A stretch of 64,000 nt of DNA from Ascidiella aspersa (taxonomy: Eukaryota). Under the pieces are notes generated by a model, which saw only the letters and a list, made by a program, of their open reading frames with translations, was not told the DNA's origin and did no database searches. The stretch covers positions 28,148,001 to 28,212,000 of the forward strand of contig OZ004612.1 of the NCBI GenBank assembly GCA_963924565.1, in the 5' to 3' direction. Both the position numbers and the translations under genes were made by a program. Shown here in pieces: positions 14,111-26,245 of the stretch (the stretch's first letter is position 1; each line of letters starts with the position of its first letter).

Positions 14111-17100
14111 TTGAGTCGTAAAAGAATGAACGTGACTACGTGCCTTGTGATGCACGAACATTTCGGAAAGGGGGCGGGGCGATTACCCTCCTGAATTTTT
14201 TGGGGGGCATGTCTTGCGTTTGATGCACGTACAACACGCGGGTAATTCCCACCATGCGTGGGTGTGTAAACACAGTTGTACAGCATTAAGAGGTCGTTAA
14301 ATACTTCGCGTGTTTAACCAAGGGGTCGTCGTTATGGTCCCTGTTCTAATTTGGGGTGTCCAATAAAATCAGATCGGCAGCCAAGAACCCGAAACTAATT
14401 CCCTAATATTTGTGTTTACCCTTTCGACACAGTGCTAAGTCGAACTAAACTTTAGGTCGCATTGGCCAACGACAACGACACACATAAAACACATCATGCC
14501 TTCAGAAAGGTTTCAACTTTTTCCGTCGCTCTGCCTGAACCCAGCACACCAGCAACCCTAAGTTTGTCGCAACTTTTTGCGGCCCTTCGATGCCCAAAGC
14601 ACCGCGGCATAGATGGCGTCCCTCGAACTTTGTCAAGCGTCAATTGTGTCAAGTGTTGCCAAATTAGCAAAACACTACAAGAGGTTTTGTTGTAACCACC
14701 ATAACCGATTGGTTTCGACAAGGCCAACATCAAAAAGCATCACAAAAGGTTCAGCTTATTTTGACCGTTATATTTAACTATATGGGTAATAAAACTATTT
14801 GAACAATTTCCATGAGGTCATCTAACTGAATACAAGGTGTTGATCTTAACAAACAAATTATGGTGTTTTTGTATTAGCTTATGGGCCACTAAAAGAAAGC
14901 GGGTATTTTTTAACACATCTGTTGTAGGGATTGGCCCACAAATAGGATCTGCACTTGAAAGTCCCTCACACAACGTTGTAAGGCATATATTGCCCACGCA
15001 AAAGCCATTAGTCTTATAGTTACATCACCCACGCACTAATGGGGGAACGTTAAACGATAAATGTACAAAAAAACATCAAGGTTAAAACGATTAAATTTTT
15101 TTTTTGTTTTTCCTAAAGAGAAAAAACTACATTAAAATATAAATTAAAGCGACTCTTACGCAACATTCATATTACAAAGCTAACGTGAAGCAAAAAGCTA
15201 TACGAATTCTGAAGATCCCCTTATTGATTGCGCGTATGCTGCAAATTACCCATTGGGTCTTTTCTCATTAATTGTTTATGCATCGCAAGTACAAAACGAA
15301 AAAATCACAAGTGGAAACCCAATACACAATGGTAGTTCGATCAAAAAAATTACTAGCGCAGGGAAAACCATAGCGCAACGGTAGTTGGCAGCTAAAGCGG
15401 AAATACCAAGTGAAACAGCTGGGCACACGCGTTGTATGTTAAGGGCGTGTTTTCAATGAAGCGTTGGGTGGAATTACCGCTAAGTTAGCAATTGAAGGGT
15501 GCTGACTGCAATCTGCAGCAATCTTGCACGACTGAGCTGTGCAATTGACTTGATTTTTACCCAATGTCCCGAGGTATAGGTAAACCTGTTGTGGTGCAAT
15601 CTTTGTAATAAGCACGACCGTCGAAATTTCCGACCGTCGAAATTTTCAAGTTTATCGGTTTTTAGGGATTGCAGTGAATACTTTCTACACCTTGTCTACA
15701 AATACAATAATTTTTGTGAAACGTTTATGTTGAATAGCGTCGTAATGTTTAAAAAATAATTAGCAGCAGACCGTTATTTCTACAATAAAGACCTTATATG
15801 TTACGACGACATAAATACTCGCCAAACACAATACTTTGTATTCAAATAAAATATCGGCAATAACATGTTACACCTGAATTAAGGATATCCAATGGTAATA
15901 AATCAAACTGTTGTGAACCAAAGCCTACGATTTTTACAGTTTCAATTGAGATTTTAATAAAATATTAAACACATGCTATTTGCAAAGATCTACACGTTTT
16001 TCACAAACACTAACGATGGCATGAGGTATTGCCGAAACGTTTGCGAACAACAAAATGGTGCTAATTTCGAAAATTATGGCTTCAGTATCTTTACTGAAAT
16101 TATTAAAAACCCGATGTACTGTGTCCCAAACTTTAAAGCATGTGAAAGTTGTTAGGTAATGCAGCACGGTCTTATAACCAACTAAACGTGTCCTACAGCG
16201 TATAAGCTTTACGCCGGCTTCGTGTACTTAAGGTTGCGTAATCAACAGCGATCAGCAGTTACACTAATTAATCAAGTTGCAACTTTGACTTTATGTTCGC
16301 CGAGCAAATTAACGCCGCAATCTAAACGCACCTTCAGCGACATTTTGGGGCTTCTGTGGAGAGGGAAGGTGACTTTTAGGGAAAGTACTAGAGCTCAATT
16401 TAACGCGGGTGGGTGGAAATTTCGTGCCGATAAACCCTGGCGAAATCTGGGTTGATCAAGACTACCGGGCGGTGATTACTTGTTTACTAAGTGGATGGAA
16501 ATTCCTAGGCATGTGGTTCCCAGCCTGGGGGTCGCAAAAGGTTGTCAAGGGGTGTACTATTTGACGAAGGAAAAATTAGCAAGAAATAAGTCATACAAAA
16601 AATGGTTGTGTAAGGAGTAAAGATGCACCCCAAAACTGTATTTAAGCCATGGTTTTAAACGATGCGATTCAATGTTAAACAGTAAACTTAAAAAAAAGAA
16701 TGTATGATAGCAACTATAGAAGTAACTAAACTCTTTTAACGCATTTTTGGTCGTTAGCTTGGTAAAATGGCAGTTGGACCTTTAAATGTCCCCTATTTTG
16801 CTGGCTTGATTACGGTAATGACGTCTTTTGGTATAGGGTCGCGATCCTCCAGTCCAAAACATCAGGTATTGGATTAAAAATGATCAAATATCGGACATCC
16901 ATATACTCACAACCCCGCGTGAACGCGACATCAGCTTAGCAATTACTATGCGTGTTACAACGCTATCGAAATAGGAACCAGTAGCATCATCACAGCGTTC
17001 ATACTGGAACCATACGCGTTTCTCACAAAGTAAACATTGCCGCATCGCCATGACAAACAAACGCTTCCGCGTGGTTTTGACTGTTTATCAATTGCACTTG

Positions 17101-18469
17101 CAACATTCAAGGCTGAAACAAGTCCGAGAAAAGAAAATCAAAGCCCATACAGAAGTAGGTATCATTTTGAAAGTTTCGAATAAGTCTTCAGGTAATTGTT
17201 GGAGGTTATAGTTGGACGAAGAATAAATATCAAAGCCCATACAGAAGCAATGAAAGAGACACACACGCATATAACATATGTGTTTATTACCAACTGAGAT
17301 CTAGTACTTCGAAAGTTGCTTTTAAATCCAACGATTACGGCTTCCGTAACATTCAATATTGATAAACGGATGTACTATACATAAGTAGTAGCATTTAACT
17401 TCTTAAACAAATTTTAAATATAATGACTGGAGGTTGTAGTTAGACGTAAAATGAATATCACAGCCCAAATGCTGTTGGGGTATAGGGAACCGCCAGACGC
17501 GTGGGTGAGATCACCTTGTAACTTTCTCCGTTCGAACCTTCCGATACGAAAGTCCCTGCTGTTGATCTTAGGGCATTTCTCATTCTACGTCGATCATAAA
17601 GTGGAAAGCTATACAGCTAGCGAAGTGGTTTATTTGCAAAACGGAAAAAATCAGTCGTTTTGTAAGTCGTCACGGTCTCTTGCAGGCAATGCGCAATATC
17701 ACTTAAATAATAATTCTACCGTTTAAAAGCAATGAATTACCTCCCTAGAAACTTTTTTTTTCTTAGAAGTGTGTTTATCTTGGAACATAATGGTTGGAGG
17801 TTGTGGTAAGACGTCGTAAGAATATCAAAGCCCATACAGAAGTATAGGTGGCACTGTTAACGTTTCAAATATCTTGTGTTTGTTTTTTACTTTTCGAGTT
17901 CGACAATCAAACAAAATAAATATATCTCACTACAGGGCCGCAAACATCGAAGATGCGCATCCAGCTAGAGTCATACACAAAAATTAATTTGCGGTGCTTT
18001 TCACAACTCGTTCACCGTGAGAACAAACACAAACGCTGCTTTCTTAAATTTGGGCATGGTTTACACATAGACAGACTACAACTATAAATCTTATACGGGC
18101 CAAAAACACTCATTCGGGCATGGGTTGCTAGGTTAGTCAGTACCGGATATGCCGCTGAATCATAGATGTCTGCGAGACAGCGGTCAATTAAAATTAGTAC
18201 TTTGCATTTTCGAACGTATATATGCGTACATCAGTGAACCCATCGATAGAAATTTTACTTATATATTTGTTAGTTTTTAAAAAAATATAAAAATAAATCG
18301 TTGTATTTAGTGTTCTAATCTAAAATTGGAAACATTTAGGCTTAGTGAATTCTAATAGCCACCATCGCATTATGACTGCCAAACGGCCTGATTTAAAATA
18401 GACGTGCTTAATAACAGGTTTAATGCGACTTTTACATTAGTTCTAAACACAATACAACACAACATCTTC

Positions 18470-19038
18470 CCAAAAGGACTTTTCGCGGGAAAGTTCAATG
18501 TGTGGGTGGAGCAAAAAGATTAAAAGCAAAAACGCGAAATTTCCATAGATTTACGCAAAAAAATATGTGCTTTCTAACCGTGGTCTAAACCCCAGAAAAG
18601 AGTCATTTTAACCTGGGGAATAACCATAGGGGAACAGATCGTGGTGGTGGCGTTACATACGGACGGAGTTTGGCGTGAAAATGAGAGCAAGAAAAAGGCA
18701 AAGCTGCAGTCAATGGCACTTAGAAAAAATCGGCTTTCTTCTTAAAATGCAAAGCGGAACCTAACTTGTAACGAAGGACCAGGTTTAAAACGTGATGGGC
18801 GAGAGAGAAAAAAGAGAAATGCAAAGAGAAAAAGGGGAGAAAAAGAGAACGATAAATGAGGTTAGCGCTAAGAAACACCTCAGACTCCGATACCTAACGC
18901 TTTTACCATAAGGGGATTCCCGTTTCAAACACGGCTACTCGCCAGGCATTTAAATCGAAAGCACGCCTGTTGAAAGCCATAGAACGAAACGAGACGCTCA
19001 CAACACTTTGTCTAACGCCGAAGAAACAGCTCACCGAA
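18470..19038 (+). promoter_or_regulatory. Putative promoter of the galaxin-like gene with Rel/NF-kB-like sites
   Basis: GGGAAAGTTC at 18487, GGGGAATAACC at 18615, GGGGATTCCC at 18912, TATA-like TTTAAA at about 18949, ATG at 19039. Confidence 0.5.
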
Positions 19039-19099
19039 ATGCAACTTTCAATAACACTTGGTCTTATCTACTGGATTGGCTTCTTCGGTTTAATCAAAG
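19039..19099 (+). CDS. Galaxin-like gene exon 1 (signal peptide)
   Basis: ATG CAA CTT...ATC AAA G|GTAAAA; hydrophobic 20-mer. TTTAAA and GGGGATTCCC lie 90-130 bp upstream. Confidence 0.7.
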
Positions 19100-22000
19100 G
19101 TAAAACAACTGCGAGTTAGCGCCAGCGCTGTAACCAGTCCGCATACAGAGCAGACAGCAGCTGAAAAGCGCACGCACTTGTCGAAATGCCGAGCGCCAAC
19201 TTACAATGGAGAGCGAGTCATAATAACGCGCGCCGCGATGAATTAAGGTGCGCGAAAGAGGGCTGAGGCGGCCGCCCTATGTTGAATGATTCACGGCCGG
19301 GCAATTTGAGCTGTTCAAATAGCAGCGCTGCGCTGTAAGCTGACGGCAACAGTCTAGCTGCGAAATACGGCGAATTGGCTGGATTTGTTTCAAGGCGAGC
19401 CGAGAATTAAGGTTTTAAAGTAGTGGTTACGCGTTAAGTGTCAGAAATTGTATTTTGAATGTAATACAACATTTTGTTAGCTTTAATGCGACTACAATCC
19501 TGCACTTAAATTTCGCCAGTATTTATAAATGTAGCTGCGAAATACGGCGAATTGCATGGATTTGATTTCACGGCGCGCCGAGGATTATCGGTTTAAAGCA
19601 AATTGGAAGCTATTGGGTCTGCGAATGCGTTTAGAATTGTCTGAAATTGTATTTTAAATGTAAGATAACAGTCCTCAATGTAATGTTTTATGTTTGAATG
19701 TAATGCGACTAAAATGCTGCCTCCAAATTTTGACAGTGTTTATAAATGTAGGCTTAATTTTTCCAAGTTATTGACCAGGGTCAGTGTAGAAATATCTAGG
19801 GGCTTAAAAGCTTCTTATATTCGACAAGTGTCACACAATTTTGGAGCCACAGTTATAAAATGTTGGTGAAATAGTAGCTTAAGAATATCTTGAACTACAC
19901 GTTGTTGACTTTGCGCAGTGGCGATATCGTAGCTGACGAGGTTTATCCGAGGCGCGATTATTGCTAGTTGAAAACTATACCCAATACCCCGCTCGATTGC
20001 TTTAAAAGCTTTCGCGGCGATATTTGATTGGCAAGAAAATCGCTGTGACACATTCGAGCGGTCGCAGTGTGCGGCCTGGTAGGCAACGTAGAGAGAGATA
20101 CGAACAGTCGAACATTTATATCGTCCTAACTTTAAATAGAAGTGCGAATTTACTTTGATTGGTAAAAAGGTAAAATCCGAACAGAATTCATAAATTTAAG
20201 TAGATTATTCAAGGGTCGTAATGTAGCTTGGTGAATAATTCATATTGATTGCGTAAATGGAACAGAAGGAGTCAAAATAATAAAGAATTAAAAATGTGTT
20301 GCTTATGCGTTTTAAAGATAGATTGCTTAAGTCGTATCAAGTGCTATGATCAGAGAGTCCGCCATATCAGTTTCAACTCAAGGCTGTTACTGTTGCCTTT
20401 GTTTATATATTTGTACAATAAAAAACAAGAAATTAATTAAGTTTTTAAAAGAAATATGATGCGCTGGCGTTTATACTCGGTCATTCAGAACCTAGTGTTG
20501 TTCTGTTAAGGCCATTCATAGGCTCAGACTGTGGTTTACTACAGGACGTTCCATTGTGAGGAAACAATGCGTGGCTTGCTATGAATGAAAGTCGGGGAAC
20601 CCCCATGTGTAGCTCAGTGAAAGACTAAAATACTTACTGAGATTCAAAAACATTTTAAGGATATCGATTATTTATTTGTACTTTAAACGCATTTGATACT
20701 TTTAATCTATGTTTGAGCTGCTATGAAACGTTTAACCGATGTCTTGTAACTAGGGATGTCCGATAATTTCGGATCGGGACTGATACTCGATACCGAGTGA
20801 TAGTATCGATAGTTGGTCGATACTAGGGTGGTATCGGTGGTCCGAAATTTACACACGCATTTTTGTTTTTGATCGAGAAATTTAAACCAAGTAAACTTAT
20901 CCAATTTATAGCTGGGTAACCTAAAATATATAATTTAAACCGTTATAATTTCATCAATTTGTATATACAGTGTGTATGTATCAGTTTCAGTATAGTAATA
21001 AAATGTCTAGTATAGGACGACCCTAATATTAAGTAGCGTCAATACAAATTAACATTGTATGGGTCAATAAAACAACGAATCTTCTATTTGCAGCAGCAGC
21101 AAGGCTCAAACTAAACACTTGTCAAGGCCCAGTATGCAACTACAAAGGTACAAGGGTGTTGTGCAAGCACATCAGCCCCCCGCAATTATGCTGTGACAAC
21201 CGAATCATTTACCCCAAAGACGGCAATACAGCATGCTGTGCAGGTAGGCAGTCGACAACTTTGTTTAGTCGAAAATTGAAACTGCATGTTTAAATCCATA
21301 TTAATAGCTGTTCGAAAACCTAAAAAACCTAATATAATTGGCAAACAAAACTGTATAAATACCATGGTCGACAAAATAGTTAACATTTTTTAAAGCACTT
21401 TTTTATTAAATGCAAAGACTATTTAAAATACTTTGCATAGGGTTTTTAGAGACCTTTTAATATGCAAAGCCATTTAAAGACATTGATAAACCTTGTGGCA
21501 ACCTTATATCTACAGAAGAATATTTTCACGTGTGCAAAAGTCCAAAAACGTTTCGTCTTGTTTTTGACAGGCAGCGAACGTGGTACTTATCGAAATGAAA
21601 GCGAACTTTGCAACAACGGAAGAATAATAGCCAAGACCGGGTCTCTAAAGCAATGCGGACTCGACATGATCTACGACTCAGCGACCGAAAACTGCCGCAG
21701 CGCTGAGCAAAACGACTCGTACGACAGAAGATACTGGATTGAAGCTAAGCCAACACACAGTAAGTAAAACCTAACACAGTCGCTAAATTGACCACTTGCT
21801 TGATTCACTCTTAACTTACTTAAACTCTAGCTGAATCATAATTAAACTATATTATATTGCTTCAAAATTGAACATTTTTTCTCTCCAGATCCCACTGTTA
21901 AACCCGACATTTCAAGAAGTCCCAACTCTGTTGCATCTACGGTTGGCTGCGAAGAGGGTGAACCCAACTGCTGTGCAGGAAAGCGCATTACCCAGGATTT

Positions 22001-23828
22001 CTTGTGCCATGATGGAAAGCTGCTTCCGAAACGAGACCACAGCCATGATCTGGTCTGTAGTGGGCAAAGCTACAGCTCAACAACACACGTAAGTTAAAGA
22101 ACAGCTTTTTTAAGTTAATATTGTTTGGAGTACAATGGTTGGCTTGGAGGTTTTAGTTAAAGGAATGAATATTAAAATGTGTTGTTGATGAATAATGAGG
22201 AATTCAACACGTTCAAATTGTGCTACTTTCTTCTGTATGGGCTACGGTGTTTAATCACAACAAAATATCTACTAAATATAATGAAAAAAATAAACTACTT
22301 AAAACACATAAACGTATATAATGTATATATATACATATAATATATAATATATAATACAACTAGTCTTCAAACCCAGTAACAACTAGTTTAAAAAACCCTT
22401 TTTATACCACAAACAAGTTACATGTATGTTGGAAGTTAACCTGAACAGACACTTACATGAAGATATATATATATATCACAACAAAATATCCACATAAAAC
22501 AAGAAAACGCAAAACCATATATACATAAAAAAACAAAACAAGAAAAGCATAATAAAATGACCTACATAAATCCAAAAAAACATCTACATAAAACAAGAAA
22601 GAAAACGAAAAAAAAATACCAAAAATAGCCGTTTTGGACGTTTTTAAATATAGAAACTCAAACCTTATTTTTTTTGCAGAGGTGCAACTCAGAGGGCAGA
22701 CTTGTCCAACTTGGGGATTGCGGGCGGCACAAGTACAACCCCGAGACCCACATATGCTGCCAGAAAATGCTGCACGAAAAAATTGAAGGGGCCAGCATGA
22801 GTTGCTGCGGCGCCAACGCGTTTAACGAGGACACACACACCTGTTGTCATCAGGTCAACGTACTCCAAAAGGAATCCTCGAGCGACTGCTGTAAGTTTTA
22901 TTTTCCTCTGAATGTCATTACTTCTCTTGGCCTTTACTTTTGTGAATCTGTAGTTGTTTTGCGTCGTTAGTTGTTTTGTAAATCTATGGGAAGGGGTTTC
23001 TTTAAATGGGGTCGTAGGACCCGCCTTACAAAACGATTAAGAACCACTGTCTTAGGCAAGTTTAAAATGAACTACACGAGAGTTAAAAAAGGACATATTT
23101 AATTTTCGAGTGGAAATATATTTAGTTGAAAATCAACACCCCGTTACGTTGTTTCAAACGTTTTATGTACGCCTCTATGACGAAATGGGGCTAAAATATA
23201 TTTACATATAGAGTTCGTTAATTATACTTGAAGAGCATAATGGTCGGAGGTTTTAGTTTGACGAATGTAGGGAGATCCAAGCCAATGTCGACTTGCTCTA
23301 CCTATTTGGCCTTGATATTTATATTCAAGCTACATTAAAAATCGGTGCATTGTTTACCCAACGCATATAAACATGTGAAAATCACACATTTTAATCAAAC
23401 ATCGCGTTCTAATCACTAACTGAAGCTTCCCTTTGTATTCAACAGGTCGCAAAACCAAGAAAGAGCTCCATTTACTGTTGGTACGAGCGAACAACGTCAG
23501 CTGCAAACGAAAGTGGTGCAAGCTCAAAGGCCCGGGGATGGAGCTGATGAACGGCGGGTCAGAGCTTGACGAATCCTCGCCAAAGATCCACGATTTATTC
23601 GATCTCAAGCTTTCGACCAAGATCCTAAAGGATGTTGCCGAGTGGCGCGGCCCGGAGAAATTGCGCGGCCGGTGGGTGCTGGTCGTTGTGACGCAACAAT
23701 GGAAGCGACGTAGGCTCACGGTGCGAAAGAACAACTGGCACGCAGTCGAAATCTTGCCAAAGGTCGTGGGCAGAACTTATACGGAGATATATCGGCTACA
23801 TCTTTCAAAGAACAGCGATGTCCGATAA
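19039..23828 (+). CDS. Secreted galaxin-like cysteine-rich protein, 6 exons, about 365 aa: join(19039-19099,21094-21147,21571-21759,21889-22088,22680-22890,23446-23828)
   Basis: All junctions are GT-AG with matching phases (1,1,1,0,1). Total 1098 nt, open. N-terminal signal peptide MQLSITLGLIYWIGFFGLIK. Galaxin/usherin-type repeats such as CGRHKYNPETHICC and CCGANAFNEDTHTCC. Confidence 0.8.
19355..19752. repeat. Diverged tandem duplication (about 180-220 bp) in intron 1 of the galaxin-like gene
   Basis: TAGCTGCGAAATACGGCGAATT at about 19355 and 19532; both units end TTTATAAATGTAG. Confidence 0.8.
20751..21025. mobile_element. MITE family B (TAGGGATGTCCGAT...GGACGACCCTA)
   Basis: TAGGG/CCCTA-type termini. 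Related ends at about 1498-1509, 16890, 23813-24177, 30481, 50120 and 57680. Confidence 0.7.
21094..21147 (+). CDS. Galaxin-like gene exon 2 (AAARLKLNTCQGPVCNYK)
   Basis: ttctatttgCAG acceptor, AAG|GTACAA donor, phase 1-1, open frame. Confidence 0.65.
21571..21759 (+). CDS. Galaxin-like gene exon 3 (GSERGTYRNESELCNNG...EAKPTH)
   Basis: tttttgacAG acceptor, A|GTAAGT donor, Cys-containing open frame. Confidence 0.85.
21889..22088 (+). CDS. Galaxin-like gene exon 4 (NPTVKPDISR...CEEGEPNCCAGK...CSGQSYSSTTH)
   Basis: tttttctctccAG acceptor, CAC|GTAAGT donor; frame continues from exon 3. Confidence 0.85.
22680..22890 (+). CDS. Galaxin-like gene exon 5 (galaxin repeats RCNSEG...YNPETHICC...CCGANAFNEDTHTCC...)
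   Basis: ttttttgcAG acceptor, T|GTAAGT donor; typical C(C)G-x-x-Y/F-x-x-x-T-x-x-CC repeats. Confidence 0.9.
23446..23828 (+). CDS. Galaxin-like gene last coding exon (basic C-terminal domain, about 127 aa)
   Basis: gtattcaacAG acceptor, phase 1 completes a TGT codon. GC-rich open frame to TAA at 23826-23828. AATAAA downstream at 24194 and 24849. Confidence 0.8.
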
Positions 23829-24177
23829 TATCGGATCGGGGCCGAGAACCGATGCAAAGCTGTAGTATCGGTTCTCGTCCGATTCTAGGGTGGTATCGGT
23901 GCCGATCCGATACCAAATTAATAAGAATTTCAGCCAGGATTTGCCATCCAACCAGCGATTTTTATCTTTAAATTTATCAAATAATATCAAGTTAACAACT
24001 AGAGGTAACTAACCTAATAACACTAAAGAAAATTTTGACATATTGACCTAAAACACATTACATTTAAACGATTTAATTTCTTCTATGTTGCTTGTATAAT
24101 AATGACGTCATTAAGTTTCGGATCGGAATGCTTTTGTCCAAAATCGGGTAACGGATTAAAAGTATTGGACAACCCTA
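23813..24177. mobile_element. MITE family B copy overlapping the stop codon and 3' UTR of the galaxin-like gene
   Basis: First ~95 nt align with 20751-20845; right end TTGGACAACCCTA. Confidence 0.75.
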
Positions 24178-25449
24178 TTCACCAGTTTAACTTAATAAAC
24201 CCCTCACAAATGGTTCTTAACTTAAGGGTAATTGCCAAACTGGGAAATTTTGGAAAAGACACGAAATACTTTCTTCGAATGCTGCCTCTGAATTTTGGGT
24301 CGTGTAGGAAGTGTTTTTTAATACTGATCGCAGGTCATAACGTTCTAAAATTCGTAAGGGCAATTAAAAATATTTAAGTTCGTCTCGGGCTTACACACAA
24401 ATAGTTAAGAACCACTTTGCTAAACGCCATAACCATGTTTTAATTGCACAGTAGCCAAGGTGAATCGGGCGATTTCCGAAAAGGTGTTTAAAACCGACGT
24501 TTATAATCAAACAGCATAGAACTTTTATACAACCTTTCCAATGTAACCCTCAGCAAATTCCTAAATTTAATTGGTATCGGACAGGTATCGATAGTGCCAC
24601 TTGGAATCCAATGTAACCCTCAGCAAAAATATTTTCAATCTCGTATTTACTCCTATTTGTGCTACGCAGGTGCATTTTAGCATCGACTATTTATTGCTAG
24701 CTGAACGCTTTTTTAAGATCGCTTTGCCTGTTTTTTCCCTCGTTGTTTTGCTATTGCGATTCTATACCTTTCTGTACCAAATCTTGAATTGCAAACCAAA
24801 TAATATATCTATAAAGCATTGCGGTTTTGCGCAATGGTTTTAGGAATCAATAAATATATACAGTTGCTGGCAGGCATTGTATCAATTAAAATAATTCTTC
24901 CCTGGCCAAGAATCAATGCGATATTTTGAAAATCACATAAATTCATTTTTAGCGCCTTATAGTATAATCGCGTATTTCTTTATATTTTTCGTATCGTGTT
25001 TAACTTGGGGCTGGCCCTTCTAAGTTACTTTGTTTGATTTCGTCCGTCTGCGATTTCTTCACGACTATCAAACATGTATTTGCTGTAAAATCGCCGATTT
25101 TGTTTCGTGTTTGTTTGCTTTTTGTACGTTTGGGTCAAAATATTCACATCACTAAAATATTAAGTTCAAAAACAGTTCACAAAATTTGCGTGGAATTCAA
25201 TCCGAAATCTGTGTCCACTGTTGCGTCATAAACGCACAGTCAAAATATGATGTTGTCGCTTTCATACGATTTACTTTCATTGTGCTTTAACTGTGCTTTT
25301 TTATACGCTATTTATTCTATTTTTGTATCGTGCGTATCAGTTACACGAAAAATGTAAAAAGGAATAAATTTTTTAAAAAAAGATAAAATAGTGGTTAACT
25401 CAAGGCAACCGCTTTGTAGAGTTTAAAAGGCAAGATTACCGCTATACGC

Positions 25450-25959
25450 TTTATTCAGGTGAAAGTTTGGGCGAACAAATATACAGTTACTGAAAAGAAA
25501 CAAAAGACAAAAAAGTAAATGTACATTCGAAAAAATAGTGATAAATCAATCAAACAGTTTAGGGGTGTAATGTGGAGTTAATGTGGATAACATAAAATTC
25601 AAAGCGAAAAAGAAATAATGAATAAAACACCAAAGTTGAACATTGGTGTACTGAATTTCGTTTTTTTAAGTGTTCAAAAAATTAAAGCACAAAAAAAAAA
25701 CGTTTCCCAAACATGCAAATATAATAAATCAATGAAAAGAAACAAGTTTCAACAGAAATGAACGAATTGGAAATCATTTGAAAACAAAAAAACAAAAGAC
25801 TTGGACTCTGCGTGAAAAGTAAACGAAAATGAATGAAAAAATTGAAAATTTGTGTAATTTGAAGTTACCATAACGCCCTTTCCTGAATTTATCGTCTTCT
25901 TTGAGGTGTAAGACCAGTGGCTTGGTGTCTTCTGGCTGGAATGCGACCGCCTCGGCCCT
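25450..25959 (-). CDS. Probable terminal exon plus 3' UTR of a minus-strand gene, most simply WDR64-like; reading frame unresolved (phase 0 gives GRGGRIPARRHQATGLTPQRRR*)
   Basis: gttttgttacttAG acceptor, about 90 nt GC-richer coding-like segment, then a T-rich UTR-like tract and AATAAA (minus strand) at 25450-25455. Confidence 0.45.
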
Positions 25960-26245
25960 AAGTAACAAAACAATAATCGTCAGTTTTCGTATATAGTTAG
26001 CGCCAATGCGTACAAATTCAATCACAAATCTGAAATGCGACCGCCTCGGCCCTAAATAACAAAACAATAATCGTCAGTTTTCGTATATAGTTAGCGCCAA
26101 TGCGTACAAATTCAATCATAAATCTGAAATGCGACCGTCTCGGCCCTAAGTAACAAAACAATAATCGTCAGTTTTCGTATATAGTTAGCGCCAATGCGTA
26201 CAAATTCAATCATAAATCTGAAATGCGACCGCCCTAAATAACAAA
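25940..26245. repeat. 94-bp tandem repeat, about 3.2 copies, spanning a 3' splice site
   Basis: ATGCGACCG at 25941, 26035, 26129 and 26223; units nearly identical. Confidence 0.95.

Noticed and set aside
25940-26245. Regular repeats (also 54857-55310 and 13650-14110) as CRISPR arrays
   Set aside because: Whole units repeat without unique spacers, there are no cas genes, and the DNA is eukaryotic.
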